Part shown: piece by piece, positions 26,703 to 39,899 of the stretch
How the letters are laid out: each line of letters begins with the position of its first letter
Numbering within the stretch: position 1 is the first letter of the stretch
From: Camelus ferus
Lineage: Eukaryota
NCBI RefSeq assembly: GCF_009834535.1
Contig: NC_045707.1
Span: 56,050,001-56,114,000, forward strand
Direction of reading: 5' to 3'
DNA length: 64,000 bases
The notes under the pieces: model-generated
Databases searched by the model: none
Seen by the model: the letters and a program-made list of their open reading frames with translations, nothing else
Told to the model about the DNA's origin: nothing
Translations under genes and position numbers: made by a program

Positions 26703-26890
26703 TAGACTTGTCAGGAGAACTTTCCTGCAATAATGGAAATGTCTTGCAGTATATAAGCCACTAGTCAAGAGAGTTTGCTGACCTCTAGAAATGTGGCTAG
26801 TGCAAGTGAGGACTGAATTTCTTATTTTACTTTGATTAATTTTAATTGGCACGTTTGGCTAGTGGCTACCACACTGGAAATACAGGTCTA
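26703..26890. mobile_element. hAT-Charlie MITE (MER3-like)
   Basis: agaactttcctgcaataatggaaatgt...agccactag...gaaatgtggctagtg...tggctagtggctacc are MER3 hallmarks. Confidence 0.8.
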
Positions 26891-27310
26891 AACGGTACTC
26901 CACTTCCATCACCTTTCAAGCCTCCACTCAAATGCTATCACCTCTAAGAGATATTTAAAGATACAGCCTAGAAGTTAGAACTTTCCTCTGGTATGCCACA
27001 ACAATTAAAAAACACATGAAGAAGTTGCATAGAGGTTAGGTCAGCATATAAAGCAAAAATTTTGTTTAATCAGAATGACTCAAGAATCTCTTATAAAGAA
27101 CACCAGTAATTCCTAAGTCAAGTCTAGCCAAGTTTTCTTCCAAGTTAGAAACATATTCCTGATTGTTCAGTCAAACAACAAACGCAGTAGCAGGTTTACA
27201 TTTAAGGGCCGACGATATACGAAAAATTCACATCTAAATATCCAATTGGACAGCAGCAGAGTCGGAGGCACACAATATAAACAAGACTAATGGTGGGAAT
27301 CATACTTACT

Positions 27311-27594
27311 TTTTTTTTTTTTTTGATTGAAATATAGTCAGTTTACAATGTTGTGTCAATTTCTGGTGTACAGCACAATGCTTCAGTCATATATATAAAT
27401 ATATTGGTTTTCATATTCTTCTTCATTATAGGTTACTACAAGATACTGAATATAGTTCCCTGTGCTATACAGTAGAAACTTTTTATCTATTTTATATACA
27501 GTAGTAAAGATCTGCAAATCTTGAACTCCCAATTTATCCCTTTCCACTCCCTTCCCCGCAGTAACCGTAAGTGTGTTGTCTATGTCTGTGAGTC
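27311..27594 (-). mobile_element. LINE-1 3' UTR fragment
   Basis: T-tail plus L1 3' end. About 20-bp imperfect TSD tggtgggaatcatacttact / tggtaggaaccacacttact. Confidence 0.93.
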
Positions 27595-27989
27595 TGGTAG
27601 GAACCACACTTACTCTGCTGCAAACATGAAGGCAGCACAGGGGAACTCATGCAATAGCACCTCTTCCTCTTTCCTCATCTACTGCTACGCCACCTGCCTC
27701 GCTTACCTACCTTTCTTTCTTAACTACTTACTTCTTTTCCAGCCTCACTCTTCTGCATCCATCTGAGATATTTCAATTCATGTAAATGGAACGATGGAAT
27801 TCTACCAAAATAGTCCTTATCATTTTCTACTGTTCATTATTTATGTATAACCTCTCTCTCCTACTCAACTATTTATCTTTGTCTTACCCATGCCAGTATA
27901 ATTTGTATTGTCATCAAATGCAAAAGCATTGCATGTAAGCCACACCATTTTTTGTTTTTATTTATAATAAAAGTAAGGGCTGATTTACA

Positions 27990-28300
27990 AGCAAGGGTAC
28001 TGAACTCCTAAGCCTTCAATGGCCAAGCAGGTTTAAGGAAAAAGAAAGGTGCTCTGTCTAACATGTGACAGTCATTACCCAGTCCTGCTGGTGATGCCAT
28101 GTGGTGATGCAAGGCCAGGGTTGCCAGCTCTTTCAAGTTTTCAAGGGAAGCCAGAAACTCAGGTGTTTATTTGAAACCCAATTTATAAAGGCTTAACTTA
28201 TTTAATGAAAAGGGGAAAAAACAAAATAAAACAAAAAGGTACTGACTGCATCAAACAAATGTCTTCTGGAAAGATCCTGCAGGCCATCATATCTGATCTC
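27990..28300. mobile_element. hAT-Charlie MITE (MER103-like)
   Basis: ccagggttgccagctctttcaagttttcaagggaagccagaaactcaggtgtttatttgaaacc resembles the MER103 core. Confidence 0.6.
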
Positions 28301-29366
28301 TGCCCTAAGGAGAAGCTCTAGGCAAATTTCCTCTTGCATTTAAACTCGTTACTGTACATCCAGCAAAAAATACTTTGGTGAACAAGACATTTAAGTTATT
28401 TGTTCTGGAACACTTGGGTTTTGAGAGTAGACAGGTAATAAACAAGAAAACAAATTAATAAGGCAATGTTAGATCATCATAAAGGCTATACCTGCAGTAG
28501 GGCAGAGAGATTAGATTAGAGAGGGATGGGCTCATGTAGATTAAGTACTTAGGAGCAAATCAAATCAATCCCCCCTTGGCTTTTCTTGTACAAATGAAAA
28601 AATTATCTCATGGGAAGGCTCAGGGGTGGCTATTCTAAAGGTCAGTGGTTGTGTTTATTTACCTTGCTTTGAGGATTAACACATCCTCTCTTTTGTAGGC
28701 TATCCTCAATGGAAGAAAGTCATTGAATTCTCAGCAGAAAAATCCTGCTGAACTAGTAAGAGGACTCAGTTCTTCCAACATCGTGTAATACAGTAAAACT
28801 CTATCTGAAAATCTGAAACCCTAAATCTTTCAGATGCCCTTATAAACAGTGGGCCAAGAGCTACTAGAAGCAAATCAATTCATCAAACACATGTTTAAGA
28901 AATGTAATTGCCTAACCATTTACTCCAATCATAATGTATTAAATGGGATACTAAATTTCACAGACTGGAGGGCTTATGACTTCCTAGGCAAACCCAGGTA
29001 AAAGTCACAGTCTGCCTTGCAGTTACGCATTTTATTAAGGGTATAGCAATATATTATTCAAGGATACTTCGATTCGAATGGGATTTCATATCCACACAAT
29101 TAATCTCTACTAGTAGAATTTTATACTTAGGGTAATGTATCTAATTTTCAATAAAAAGTCAGAATGCAGGCATCTTGGTTTTTCAGATTTTTGAGAGGAC
29201 TATATTAAAAGAAAACAAAACTCAGCTAGTCCATGAAAAGTAAGTATTCTGACATCGCTTTTCACGTTTATGCTTCAGAAACACCCAGGGAAGATGATGG
29301 CTTGAACGTGTGCAACTTTGAGGCCATCATCATAAGTGTTTGGTGGTTGCACTTAACCTCTTCAGC

Positions 29367-30004
29367 TGATGCTGCGAAGACAGGAGGGAAGGGGGCAGGG
29401 CAAAGCCACTCAAGGAAGGACAGCAACCAAAATGATGGAAGATTCACCTCCTAGTTGGCCTTGAGGATTAAGAGGTTTAACTTCTAGCAGACCTTAAGCT
29501 TCATTATATGCTCATTGTAACAGCGTGATCAAATAACTTGCCCACAGGTGCCATGAGAGCCCCAAGGATAAAACCGCAAAAGGCCAAAGAATGGGCGGTG
29601 GCCCAATTCCTGGGAATCTCAGCCCCTTCCCCAGGGCAGTTGGATTGATCCCACCTGTAGGCACTTGAAGCTACTGAGACCATAAAAAGTGACAACACCA
29701 ACCTAGGGGCCCTTTTTGCTCTCTCCCCTTTGGAGACAGCCCACACTCTGTCTGTGGAGTGTGTACGTACTTTTACTTTAACCTGAGCACCCAATTCCCA
29801 CACCTCTTTCCTTGCCTTTCTTTTGCCTTACACTCTATGCAGTGTGTATCTCTCTAAATAAATCTACCTTTACTCAACGGTGGCTCACACTGGAATTTTT
29901 CCTGCACAAAGCCAAAGACTCACACTTGGCAGGGCACGTCCCAGAGGCTCAGCCGAGACCTGGGACCGGCCCTCCTCAGGCCCCATATCCGTTTTCCTGC
30001 ATCA
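29367..30004 (+). mobile_element. ERV solo LTR (ERV1-like)
   Basis: Terminal inverted repeat TGATGC...GCATCA; 4-bp TSD cagc/ctgc; TATA-like cataaaa ~29681; AATAAA ~29857. Confidence 0.85.
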
Positions 30005-30322
30005 CTGCTATTAGATTGATATTGCCAGGCCCTCGTGGTCCCTCAACTGGTCTCCAGAGGAAAGGAGGAACTCAAGAGGCTGGGCAAGCTGGGGACAGAG
30101 CTGGCTCTGCCCCTCCCTTGCACACTTCGGAGTCCACCTGCCTATAGACACTGTGTATTCTGGTACGTGCTCCTGGCCACAGAGCAGCTAGGCAGATTCT
30201 GTCCTTGGAAGAGAAAGTCTCTGTCCAATGTGTTCATAGCCGGGTGCAGAAGAAGCCTTGTTATGGTAAAGTATTAATACTTCCAAGTATCACAATCTCT
30301 GCCACATTCAAAACAGCTTTAT

Positions 30323-30466
30323 GGGGGGAACGGGTGTGAGAGCGGTAGGTAACAGCTCAGTGGTACAGTGTGTACTTAGCGTGCATGAGGTCCTGGGTTC
30401 AATTCCCAGTACATCCATAAAAAATTAAAATAAAATAAAAATTAAAAGTACTTTAAAATTTTTTAA
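30323..30466 (+). mobile_element. tRNA-derived SINE (Vic-1-like) with a G-rich 5' extension
   Basis: cagctcagtggtacag...gaggtcctgggttcaattcccagtac. TSD aaa(a/t)cagctttat at 30310-30322 and 30467-30479. Confidence 0.9.
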
Positions 30467-32414
30467 AAATCAGCTTTATTAGTCATTGAGCAGAGTGTGA
30501 TCTCCATCTGATTCCTGTATTCTCTCTCAATTGATTCTGATAGTAGACAAAAAAAAAAATTTAAGCTCACAAGCTCAACCATAATAACCAGTAAGTATAC
30601 AAACGCCAGAAAACTGTATCATAACACTATAATCTATGGAAGCAGCGATACCAAGATGCCAATAACTTTGAGGGGTTTCTCCTGAATAAACTGCACATGG
30701 AACCTAATTAACAAGACATTAAAGGCCAAAAAAAACCTGGCCACACCACCACAAAATACCCCGTGTTGTAGGAAGTAAACAAAGCGTGTCTGGCAGAGTT
30801 CCCCTAACGCACCTTAACTTGCAGGGTTGGGAGCTGGAAGTGTGGCTAGGCCATGGGAGATGGGGCGCACACTATGTAGCATAGCCCAGAGCAGCTGTGC
30901 CCACTATTCACATGGCCTCTACAGCATGCAACAAACGAGTGTTGTGGGGCCTTCTCCTTCTGTCAAGAGCGGCAGTACCAGAAAGGGACTTAGACACAGC
31001 CATAGTCCAAACCTGGCCCTGAGGTCACAGCAAAAACACATACTGATAGACGAAACATCAGAGGGAAAGACAGCAGATGCAACACTCCTCTGCTGGACTC
31101 TGTAGAGCTCCATCTTCCTCTCTGCCCCTCCTTTAACTTCTAGAACCTTCAGTCTGTAGTGTTGATTTTTATCTACCAGCTCCCCAGCACAAGTTCTCAG
31201 AGAAGAAGCCTGGTACAAATCCTGCAGGACAGGGAGATAAACTCTGGTTCTGAACAGACCTCTCTGTTTGCAAAGATAATGCCACAGGAGAAAGAATAGA
31301 ATGAGACTTTGTAAAGACCTGGCTGAGAAAGGAGCAGGATTTAAAGGTAGCTGGGTTCCTTTAAGCAAACAGTTTACTGAAAGTGAAAATTCGAGAGCAG
31401 AATTTAAACCCTTACAAGATGAAATAAACAGTAGAATCTTTCAGTAGAAAACAAACTTCCTTCCTCCCAAGGAAACGGCGAGGAAAAACCACATGAAGGA
31501 GGAGGGAAACTGGGGTACGGTGTATAAACAACAGGAACCAAACTACAAGTAACCTCAGAAGGGACAGACAGAAGAAAAGGAGGCAAATATCAAAACTTTG
31601 TGAGGAATAAACTTTCGCAGGCTAACACAAAGCTGATAGACTCAGGACAAGTGATGATCAACACCAGCAAAATTAATGAAAACTGATCAAAGTCTAGCTA
31701 TATCTTAGTTCATCTTTGAGGTATAAGAATTTTTAAATAATCCTAAAAGCATCAAGACAGAAGAATTTTTAAACTACAAAGGAGAAAAAGATCAGACTGG
31801 CTTCAAACTTTCCCAGAAGCTAAGGAAGCAATACAGTAACTCAAGATGAATGTACACAAGTTGTTTGTTCTATTGAAAACAGAAAATAGTAACAGATAGG
31901 CAAGGGTCCTTGTATATTTGTATATAAAGATGGTATTCACACACAGCTAGAGCCAACAGAAAGAGGAAATAAATAGCTATTGCAAAGGCAAGAGGAAAGA
32001 GAATGCAAAAGACACAAAAAAATACCTAAAGAAAAAACACAAATACATGAAAATACAAAAAGAATAATAATATGCCAAAAATAAACAGAAGAGTGGTAAG
32101 AGGAAGTAAATTCGAGTAAATATTGCCCGTCTTAAAAGAGAGTATCAATGCATCTTATAATAATAATGAAGAGAGAAATATATGTTCACCTTCTTTAAAA
32201 ACTTAAGGTAGATATTATTGGAACTAAAAAATAACTTAAATAACTTAAAACACAATCCATCAAGAGCATCAAACTACACAAGAGAAAAAGATACAAATAT
32301 TTCAGTCAAGCCAGTATATGTAACTTATACTCCTACATTTAAAGATAGTTTCTTAGGAGGAAAAGATAAAATACAAGTGAAGATAAACACATACACAGAG
32401 AGAAATAAACAGGG

Positions 32415-32434
32415 GTGTGTGTGTGTGTGTGTGT
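32415..32434. repeat. (GT)n microsatellite
   Basis: Read directly from the sequence. Confidence 0.9.
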
Positions 32435-33183
32435 AGACAGGGAAGATGGGAAGGAGAAAGGAGACATATACATATATGTAGTCAATTCTGTGGAACAAAT
32501 GTAAGGACTCCTGACATCTACATTGGACATTTGACCATTACTAAAATCTGTGCAGTAGGCATCATCCCTAAATTGTAAGTGAAAAATCTGCAAATTAGAG
32601 GGGTTTCATGTAGTGAAAAATAAACTAATAAAAATATATAAGAAAAGAAAACAAATGCAGAAATATAACAGGCTAGGAAATATTAATGTCTCATTCTTTT
32701 TCCATTTAAACAGGCAAAGGAAATGGATACACAGAGAATCTGAATATTACAATTGATAAGGTTGCTTTAACAAATATGTATTAAGTTCTATGCTCTACAA
32801 AAGGTACATCTTTCATTGTTACAAAGTACTTTTAAAACTAATCCTGTATTATCACAGAAAAAAATTTCAGCTCATTTTAAAAAGGAAGTCTTTCATTTAT
32901 CACAAATTAAAATGTATAAATGACTAAATTAAGTATTACTTTATTAGCTAATAAAAGTAAATCAAAACCAAAAATAGAATTAGAAAAGAATGAGAATATC
33001 AACACCTACACGTTATTGCCAAGTAGTAATGAGAGGCAATTTTATAAAAAGCTTTCATTTGTAAGCACTATAACGTAGAAAAAGTTAAATAACCATTTTT
33101 TACTATAGAAGTTAGAAAAAAAAAAAACTAACAAAGCTATAAAAATTGAGTCACAAGTATATGAAAAAGACAACCCTGTTGAT

Positions 33184-33873
33184 CAGTAGCTCTCCTAACG
33201 GCACTGCACTTATAAATTACTTGGGGAAAATTACTTAAAATATACAGACTCACCTGCAGGAGACAGTGTCCGGGAACAGCCAGTCTCAACCAGCCCCCCA
33301 GTGTAATGGGGAAGAACAAGTCTGACTCCATACTGGATTTGTTTCTTTTACTTTAACCTTCTTTTTCTATTGCTTTTGCTACAAGTTAATCACTAAAGGG
33401 ATGTTGCTTACAGCTTAAAGTATACATAATGGTCCATCTCTGGGCAGAACTCTGCCTCTCAAGCCTAAGTGTTAAGCTAAAATACATTTGTTTAAAGTCA
33501 TAGGAAACATTCTGACCAGGCTCGCCTGTGAACGGCTGCAGGAAAGGAGAAATTTAACACATTCCCTCCAGAGTCTGGCCAGAACCAGGAAATATTTGCA
33601 ACAACTTATTGCCATTTTTACTTTACCCCCTCACCTCTTTCTCTTTTTTCCATAAAAGAAATTAGTATCCAAACCCTGGCAAGATGGTTCTTTGGGACAC
33701 TAGCCCACTATCTTCCCAGTCTGCTGGCTTGCTCAATAAAGTTGCTATTCCTTGCCCCAACACCTCCTCTCTCAACTGACTGGCTTGTTGTGCAGTAAGC
33801 AATATGAACTTAAGACTCGGTAACACCAATGGTTCTGATGCCTGTGGTCTGAGGACAAGCCTTTGAGACTCTG
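33184..33873. mobile_element. MER5-like hAT MITE split by an LTR (33184-33301 + 33826-33873)
   Basis: Left cagtagctctc...ctgcacttataaattacttgggga; right ggttctgatgcctgtggtctgaggacaagcctttgagactctg. The halves rejoin when the LTR is removed. Confidence 0.55.
33302..33825 (+). mobile_element. ERV1-like solo LTR
   Basis: TGTAA...TAACA termini; TSD ccag/ccaa; gactccat near the 5' end; cataaaa ~33651; AATAAA ~33735. Confidence 0.88.
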
Positions 33874-34812
33874 AGAATATGTTTTATACCCAGCTCATGT
33901 CTCTTAAAATAAATTTTAAAAAATAAAATTAATAATAATAAGGGGACATAAACAAAAATACGACAAGGATGTTTCAAATTATAAGAAAACATTAATCAGC
34001 ATTTTATCCTAATAAACTTTAAATCCTCAAAGGCATAAATTACTCTCCAGGAAAATAAAATGAATGATTAAAGAAGAAAAATAACATTGAACAGACTAAC
34101 AGCCACAGAAGCAAAAAAAAAAAGTTGTCAATGAAATATCTTCTAAAGAGAACCAAGAAGGTTATGTAGATAAATTCATACAAACTCAAGGGACACATAC
34201 CTGTCATATAAAACATTTCTGAGAACATAAAAACTTCCCAAATGATTTACAAATACAGCTTAAAAAAGGAAAACCACAATCCAATCTCACTCATGAAAAC
34301 AACTACAAAAATAAACCACCTGAAAATGGACTCTAGCAATATATTCATATATTACCCTGTGCTTACATTGGTCTTTGTCTCAGGTGCAGTATTCATTTAG
34401 TTATAGGAAAATTATTAGTGTAATTCTTTACATCAATCTGTGAAGGTAGAAAAATAGATGGGGGTGTGCGTGTTTAATGGAGGGTGTCTGTTAAAGACAA
34501 TAAAGTGAAAACACTTATTTACCTTTGCTCTCTCAAAAAACTCCAGGGAAACATCAGTAAAGGGGCATAAAAGCTCAAGGGTACTTGCTGAAAGGCCACA
34601 CTTTGCCATGTACTCGTTGCACCTTTCTATCACAGCATTTTTCATTCATTCAATAGATGTGTCTTAAAATTTCGTCTGCATCAGACAGTGTGTCAGGTGT
34701 TCTTAATGTCTCTCCTCCCCCCGGGTAGATTATTAGCTTCCCTAAAACAGGTACCTTGTCATCACAGTCACTATTTCTCACCTTGGTCATATCACTGGGA
34801 CTCAAAAAGTAT

Positions 34813-34871
34813 AAAAAGAAAAAAAAAAAAAAGAAGAAGAAAGAAGAAAGAAAGGAGAAAATGAAAGAAAA
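34813..34871. repeat. A/GAA purine-rich low-complexity tract
   Basis: Read directly from the sequence. Confidence 0.85.
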
Positions 34872-35899
34872 CTTAGAATCTATTTATTAAAAGAAAGTGC
34901 TCAAAGAGATTATCAAGAAATTACAAAACTCCAATGGAAAACCTGATGACTTCATCCAAATCAGCAGGAATTAATTACATGGGACTGAAAGAACTGATAA
35001 ATATTATTTATAATTTTATGATTTTTTTCCTGAAATACTCTGGCCTTGAATCTTTGAAAGATTTCCAGAAAACTGTTCCTCTTACTCTAACATTAACCTA
35101 GAGTATGTTGATAAAGTATACCTTTGTAATCAAAGATGAAGCCTTTATCTTTTTCCCCTTTACCTGATCCCCCTATCATTTGGCTTCTCCAGTGGGCTCC
35201 CCTGTGGACTTGATGGCTTATTGTGACAAAAATACAATTTGTTATACTAATAAAAATTTTTTTAATAATTTTTTAAAATTTCTTAAAGATTATCAAACAA
35301 GATTTTTAACTGAAAACACTGAAAAATGTTCAAGAACTCAGTGGATCTCAACATCATTTAACTCTCACCGGACAAGGACTCTCTGGGATGAGACCTAGGA
35401 TGCAAACCTGCACAGGAAGCCAGGCTGCAAGACCTCCAGGTCCCAGCCCAGGCTCTGCTGGCCTAGAACGCCATGACAGCTTTAGAGTTAAAAGCCTCGT
35501 ACTGCTTTGGATCATGAAGGCTTAGAAGTTTCTCTGTGTCTGGGCTTTCAGTGCTGATTCAGAAAAGTTCAAGCCTTCCACCTATTTCCAGTATCACAGG
35601 GCTCAAGATGCTTCAGACATCAGCTGGCCCTCGCCTTCTCCCCTCCTTCTACCTTAGGGCTGCACACTTCACACTGTAGGCTTCCTGGAACATCCTCACA
35701 GATGTGCACTCTTATCTGTGACTACACACTTCCATTGCAAGGAAGAACCCCAACCAAGTCACCATGTCTCCCCTTGCTTCCTGTTTTTCAACAAATAAAT
35801 ACTCCAAAGGAAAAAACATGCTGTTGACTCAGTGCTTCCTTCTTTGATGACTCTGCCTTAAGCCTGAAAGAGTGGACAAACATCTGCCCGGTGAATGAT

Positions 35900-36260
35900 C
35901 ACTGGTTATATTGTTTTGACTTAGTTCCTCCACTTCATTTCCTCCTTAGAGGAACCACAATTAACAGTGAATGGGTTTTGCTGCTATCAGCCCTTCCATA
36001 GCTGCATTTTTAGCCTACTTCTTATAAAGGTAAGTATGTATTCTAAATCTAGGTTGATGGAAATACCATATTTGGCAGAGTTCCTGAATAGTCCAGATTA
36101 CTGTCCCCTATATCACCCTGTTGGTGTCCTTTACCAGTTATCCATTTGCCTTGCACACAACCCTCCTCCTCTAGTCTCCCAGTGTAGAAATTCTGGACTC
36201 ATTGTTGATTCTTTCTTCTTTATCCCCTATATTCAATAATATCTCAAGTCTTATCAAAGG
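35900..36260 (+). mobile_element. Degraded L2 fragment
   Basis: ctagtctcccagtgtagaaattctggactcattgttgattctttcttctttatcccctatattcaat is L2-like. Confidence 0.45.
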
Positions 36261-36540
36261 AAATAAAGAGGTTAAATGGCCACAGCATTCCTCTCAGGAA
36301 GGTAAGTTTGTTGGGAGTAAGGCTGGTGTTATGTAGGTAATGAAAACCAGCATGCTTCGGGACAAAACATTTAAACAGCTCTGTAGTAGAACTGCACAGG
36401 CATTTGGAAGAATGAGGATGAGTGAGGTACACAGGACAGAGAAGATGGCCAGCAACGTGGCAGAAGGCTGGTCCCTAAGTAGAAAGTTAAAAAGAAACAA
36501 TCAGTGAACATTTCCTAGAGCAATGATGGCTGAGGGGCTT

Positions 36541-37245
36541 TTTTTCTTTGTTAAAGTATAGTCAGTTTACAATGTTGTGTCAATTTCTGGTGTACAGCAC
36601 AATGTTTCAGTCATCCATATACATATACATATTCATTTTCATATTCTTTTTCATTATAGGATACTACAAGATATTGAATATAGTTTCCTGTGCTAGACAG
36701 TAGAAACTTGTTGTTTATCTGTTTTGTATATATCAATTAGTATCTGCAAATCTCGAACTCCAATTTATCCTTCCATACTCCCCTTCCCCTCTGGTAACCA
36801 TAAGTTTGTTTTCTAAGACTGTAAGTCTGTTTCTGTTTTGTAAATAAGTTCATTTGTGTCATTTTTAGCTTCGACATATAAGTGACATCATATGGTATTT
36901 TTCTTCCTTTTTCTGGCTTACTTCACTCACTATGACCATCTCCAGGTCCATCTATGTTGATGAAAAGGCATTATTTTATTCTTTTTTATGGCCGAGTAGT
37001 ATTCCATTGTATAAATATAACACATTTTCTTTTTCCAGTCATCTGTCACTGGACATGTAGGTTGCTTCCATGTCTTGGCTGTTGTAAATAGTGCTGCTGT
37101 GAACATTGGGGCACACGTGTCTCATCAAATTAGATTCCCTCTGGAGATATGGGAGTGGGGTTGCTAGATCATATGTAAGTCTATTTTTAGTTTTTTAAGA
37201 AATTGCCATACATGTTTTCCATAATGGCTGCACCAGACTACAGTG
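36541..37245 (-). mobile_element. 5'-truncated LINE-1 (ORF2 C-terminus + 3' UTR)
   Basis: gtagtattccattgtat and ttggctgttgtaaatagtgctgctgtgaacattgggg are L1 antisense. TSD TGAGGGGCTT at 36531-36540 and 37246-37255. Confidence 0.95.
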
Positions 37246-37779
37246 TGAGGGGCTTCTAAAGACGGAAATTTCTAAGGGTCTATTTTAAGTTGTTGCTGTG
37301 TTACATCATAAACCCCTCACATCAAACCTTCAAGTCTGCGTACACAATACTAACATCAGCAGGAATCTGGGAAATAAAGAGATCGTTTCAGCTAAGCAGG
37401 GTCCCAGGGGGTGGAAAACAGACACTATAAGCAGGAGATACAATGTGTAAAGAGATGCAGACCTCAGCGAAAGCAGAAACTTTAGAGTTGGCAGCGACTA
37501 GGGAAATGTGAGCCCTCTATGAACGCCTACAGATAGTAAGGTCACAGGGAATTCCATCACATGCGGACGGGAATTCAAGCTAATACTTACATGAATCTCT
37601 GAGGATGGATTTGGCCAAGGCTTGAACGACGTGTGTCTTCCCTGTCGAGCCATCTCCATTTCAACCAACACCACACTCTTCCCAACTCTCCCTGCTCTGC
37701 GATTTCTCCTGCCTGATCTGGTGCATCTCATGGTAACAACAAACCATTAACCATTACCAAGCATCATGACATGACAACC

Positions 37780-37960
37780 GGACAGGTTAGGACTTTCTAT
37801 TAGCATCTCCTGTACCATTAGGTACAGTGAGAAATACAGTCCATTCAGTCAGAGGTAAGAAAATGGAGACTCAGAGAAGTTACCAAATTTGATCAAGACC
37901 ACACTGCTGCTGAGTGGCAAGGATAAAAACTGAACTCATCTTCCTGAGACAGAACCCTAC
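37780..37960 (-). mobile_element. MIR SINE
   Basis: cagaggtaagaaaatggagactcagagaagttaccaaatttgatcaagaccacactgct. Confidence 0.75.
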
Positions 37961-39329
37961 ATTCCTTACTGTTCCTGTCCTGTATCCTCATGCTAAGCTG
38001 TCTCTTTCTATAGGTGAATGCTGAGCTTCTAACTGCCAATTTGCCATTGACAGCTCTCCAAAGGAACTTTGGGCACAGTGCAAGCTAAAGCCTCATAAGG
38101 AATAATTTTAGTAGATGAATTAATACTCTTCTAGTCATTGAGTGAACATCTGAGAATATTTATGCATATGTGTGGTTTTTCACACTGGTTGTACAAGGAA
38201 AGATACTGCCAAACAACTGTTAGAAATCTTTCTAGGAAGATACTATAAAGTATCTGTGTAGAGATTTACCTGAGAACTCCTCAGAAATGCTTACAACACA
38301 TTTTAAAATGAAAATTGAGAAAATCCTGTTGTTTTCTGCTATAAATTCATTACTTCTCAAATTTACTTGGTTAATTTGTTTTTTTCTAATCCTGAGATTT
38401 GGCTTTGGACAGAAGTAACAGAATAAGTTGAATACTGCAGAAATTAGAGTAAGGAAAGGAGAAAACACGGGAAACAACCCAGTGGCATCATCATTCACCA
38501 GGTAGTTATTTTAGATATACTTCTCTAAAAATCAGGTTATTAAGGTAACTTGAAATCTGTAAAATACTATTGTTTGCATTTAGCTCAGAGGAACACCAAA
38601 TGTTTAAACACCCTCACATTTACCTAAATCACTTTATACATTAACTCCCAGGTTTCTAACCCACAGGCATTAATTCATCCAAGCATTAACTGGAGTTGAT
38701 ATTTACAAGTTATTTATAGTTTATAAATGAGCTTTTCGGCTGTCATTTATAAAAGGGCATGGCTTCTCTTTGTTACCGGTGCTTGGAAAACCAATTTTTT
38801 TTTAAAACTTCTTACATTTCGAACTTTTCACACAGCAAGATTTTAAAATTATTATTAACAAAGTTTATAATATGTCAATCAAGTACTGGAATTTTGTCAG
38901 TACTTGAAAGAGAACTCAGTGCTTATATATTAATCACATCAGATAGTTACTAACACAAAGTATCAAGACTTCAATGTCACAGTGCAGTCTCACCATATAA
39001 AAGTGCTTTGTATCGTTCTCAGGGATTTTTCCATCCAGAGCAAAGGAAGTATTCAAAATTTACAATTGGAATCTTATCTCTTCTAAGATAAGTCTTAGAC
39101 AAGCCATCTGAAGGAGAAAAAGTTACTTTAAATTCTTAGGACAGCTTCTTGCTCATTTTATGTAAGAAAATAAAAGCAAGATTAATTATTAAGCAGGGCT
39201 CAAGACATTCTTTAAATCAATCTGTTTCAATACACACCAGGCCACTGAGATGTACTCTAAAGGTTGAAAAGGTGTGATCTGAATTCACTTCCTAAAGCAG
39301 AGTTCTTCAAGCAACAATGATGGCAACAG

Positions 39330-39570
39330 GAATAGTAAACACTCAGTTTATACAGCACTTTATCACTAAATTTTCCCATATTCTATTTTACTTAATTGAT
39401 ATACAGCCACGAAAGCAAGTCTAGTATCATCTCCCCTATTTTATCAATGATGAAACTGATGTTCTGAGGTTAAGATCAGATGAGGCTTGAGAGGGAGAGT
39501 ATGTGTACAGATCCCAAGTCTTGACACCTAATCCAGGATTCTTCACTTTACAGCTACACTGCCTCCTACA
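39330..39570 (-). mobile_element. MIR SINE
   Basis: cccctattttatcaatgatgaaactgatgttctgaggttaag...cccaagtcttgacacctaatccagg. Confidence 0.7.
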
Positions 39571-39899
39571 GTGACATCTTATACAGTGATCTGCATTTCT
39601 CAAATCGAGCTCATGCTAAATGTTCAACAGATTGGAAGCTCTACTGGATATATATTTACATCAAATCATTCTAAACTAACCAAAATGACTTTATGATATA
39701 TTCAGCATTTTGATTGTTAAAATTTATTCTTATTATAAGGGATAATACACTTTGAATTTAAATTGCTGTCTGAAAAGATAATAATTATTCCTCAGCTTTA
39801 CCTTCATATTAGGAGTATTAGTTATACGTCACACACAAAACCTTCTATACTACATTTATAAAATGAACACCATCATAAAAATTTTTATAAAATTCAAAT

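Larger units (their letters stand above)
31600..34440 (+). mobile_element. Ancient, heavily deleted L1M (ORF1/ORF2 remnants) interrupted by younger elements
   Basis: Very A-rich. aatcctaaaagcatcaagacag...ctacaaaggagaaaaagatcagactggcttcaaactt resembles L1 ORF1 (ILKASRQ..YKG..IRLAS). ccaatctcactcatgaa near 34285 resembles ORF2. Confidence 0.6.

Noticed and set aside
33247..33270. AG|GT recursive-splice-like motifs on minus (33250, 41058, 57637, 63562)
   Set aside because: Short pyrimidine tracts or located inside repeats; their frequency is compatible with chance.
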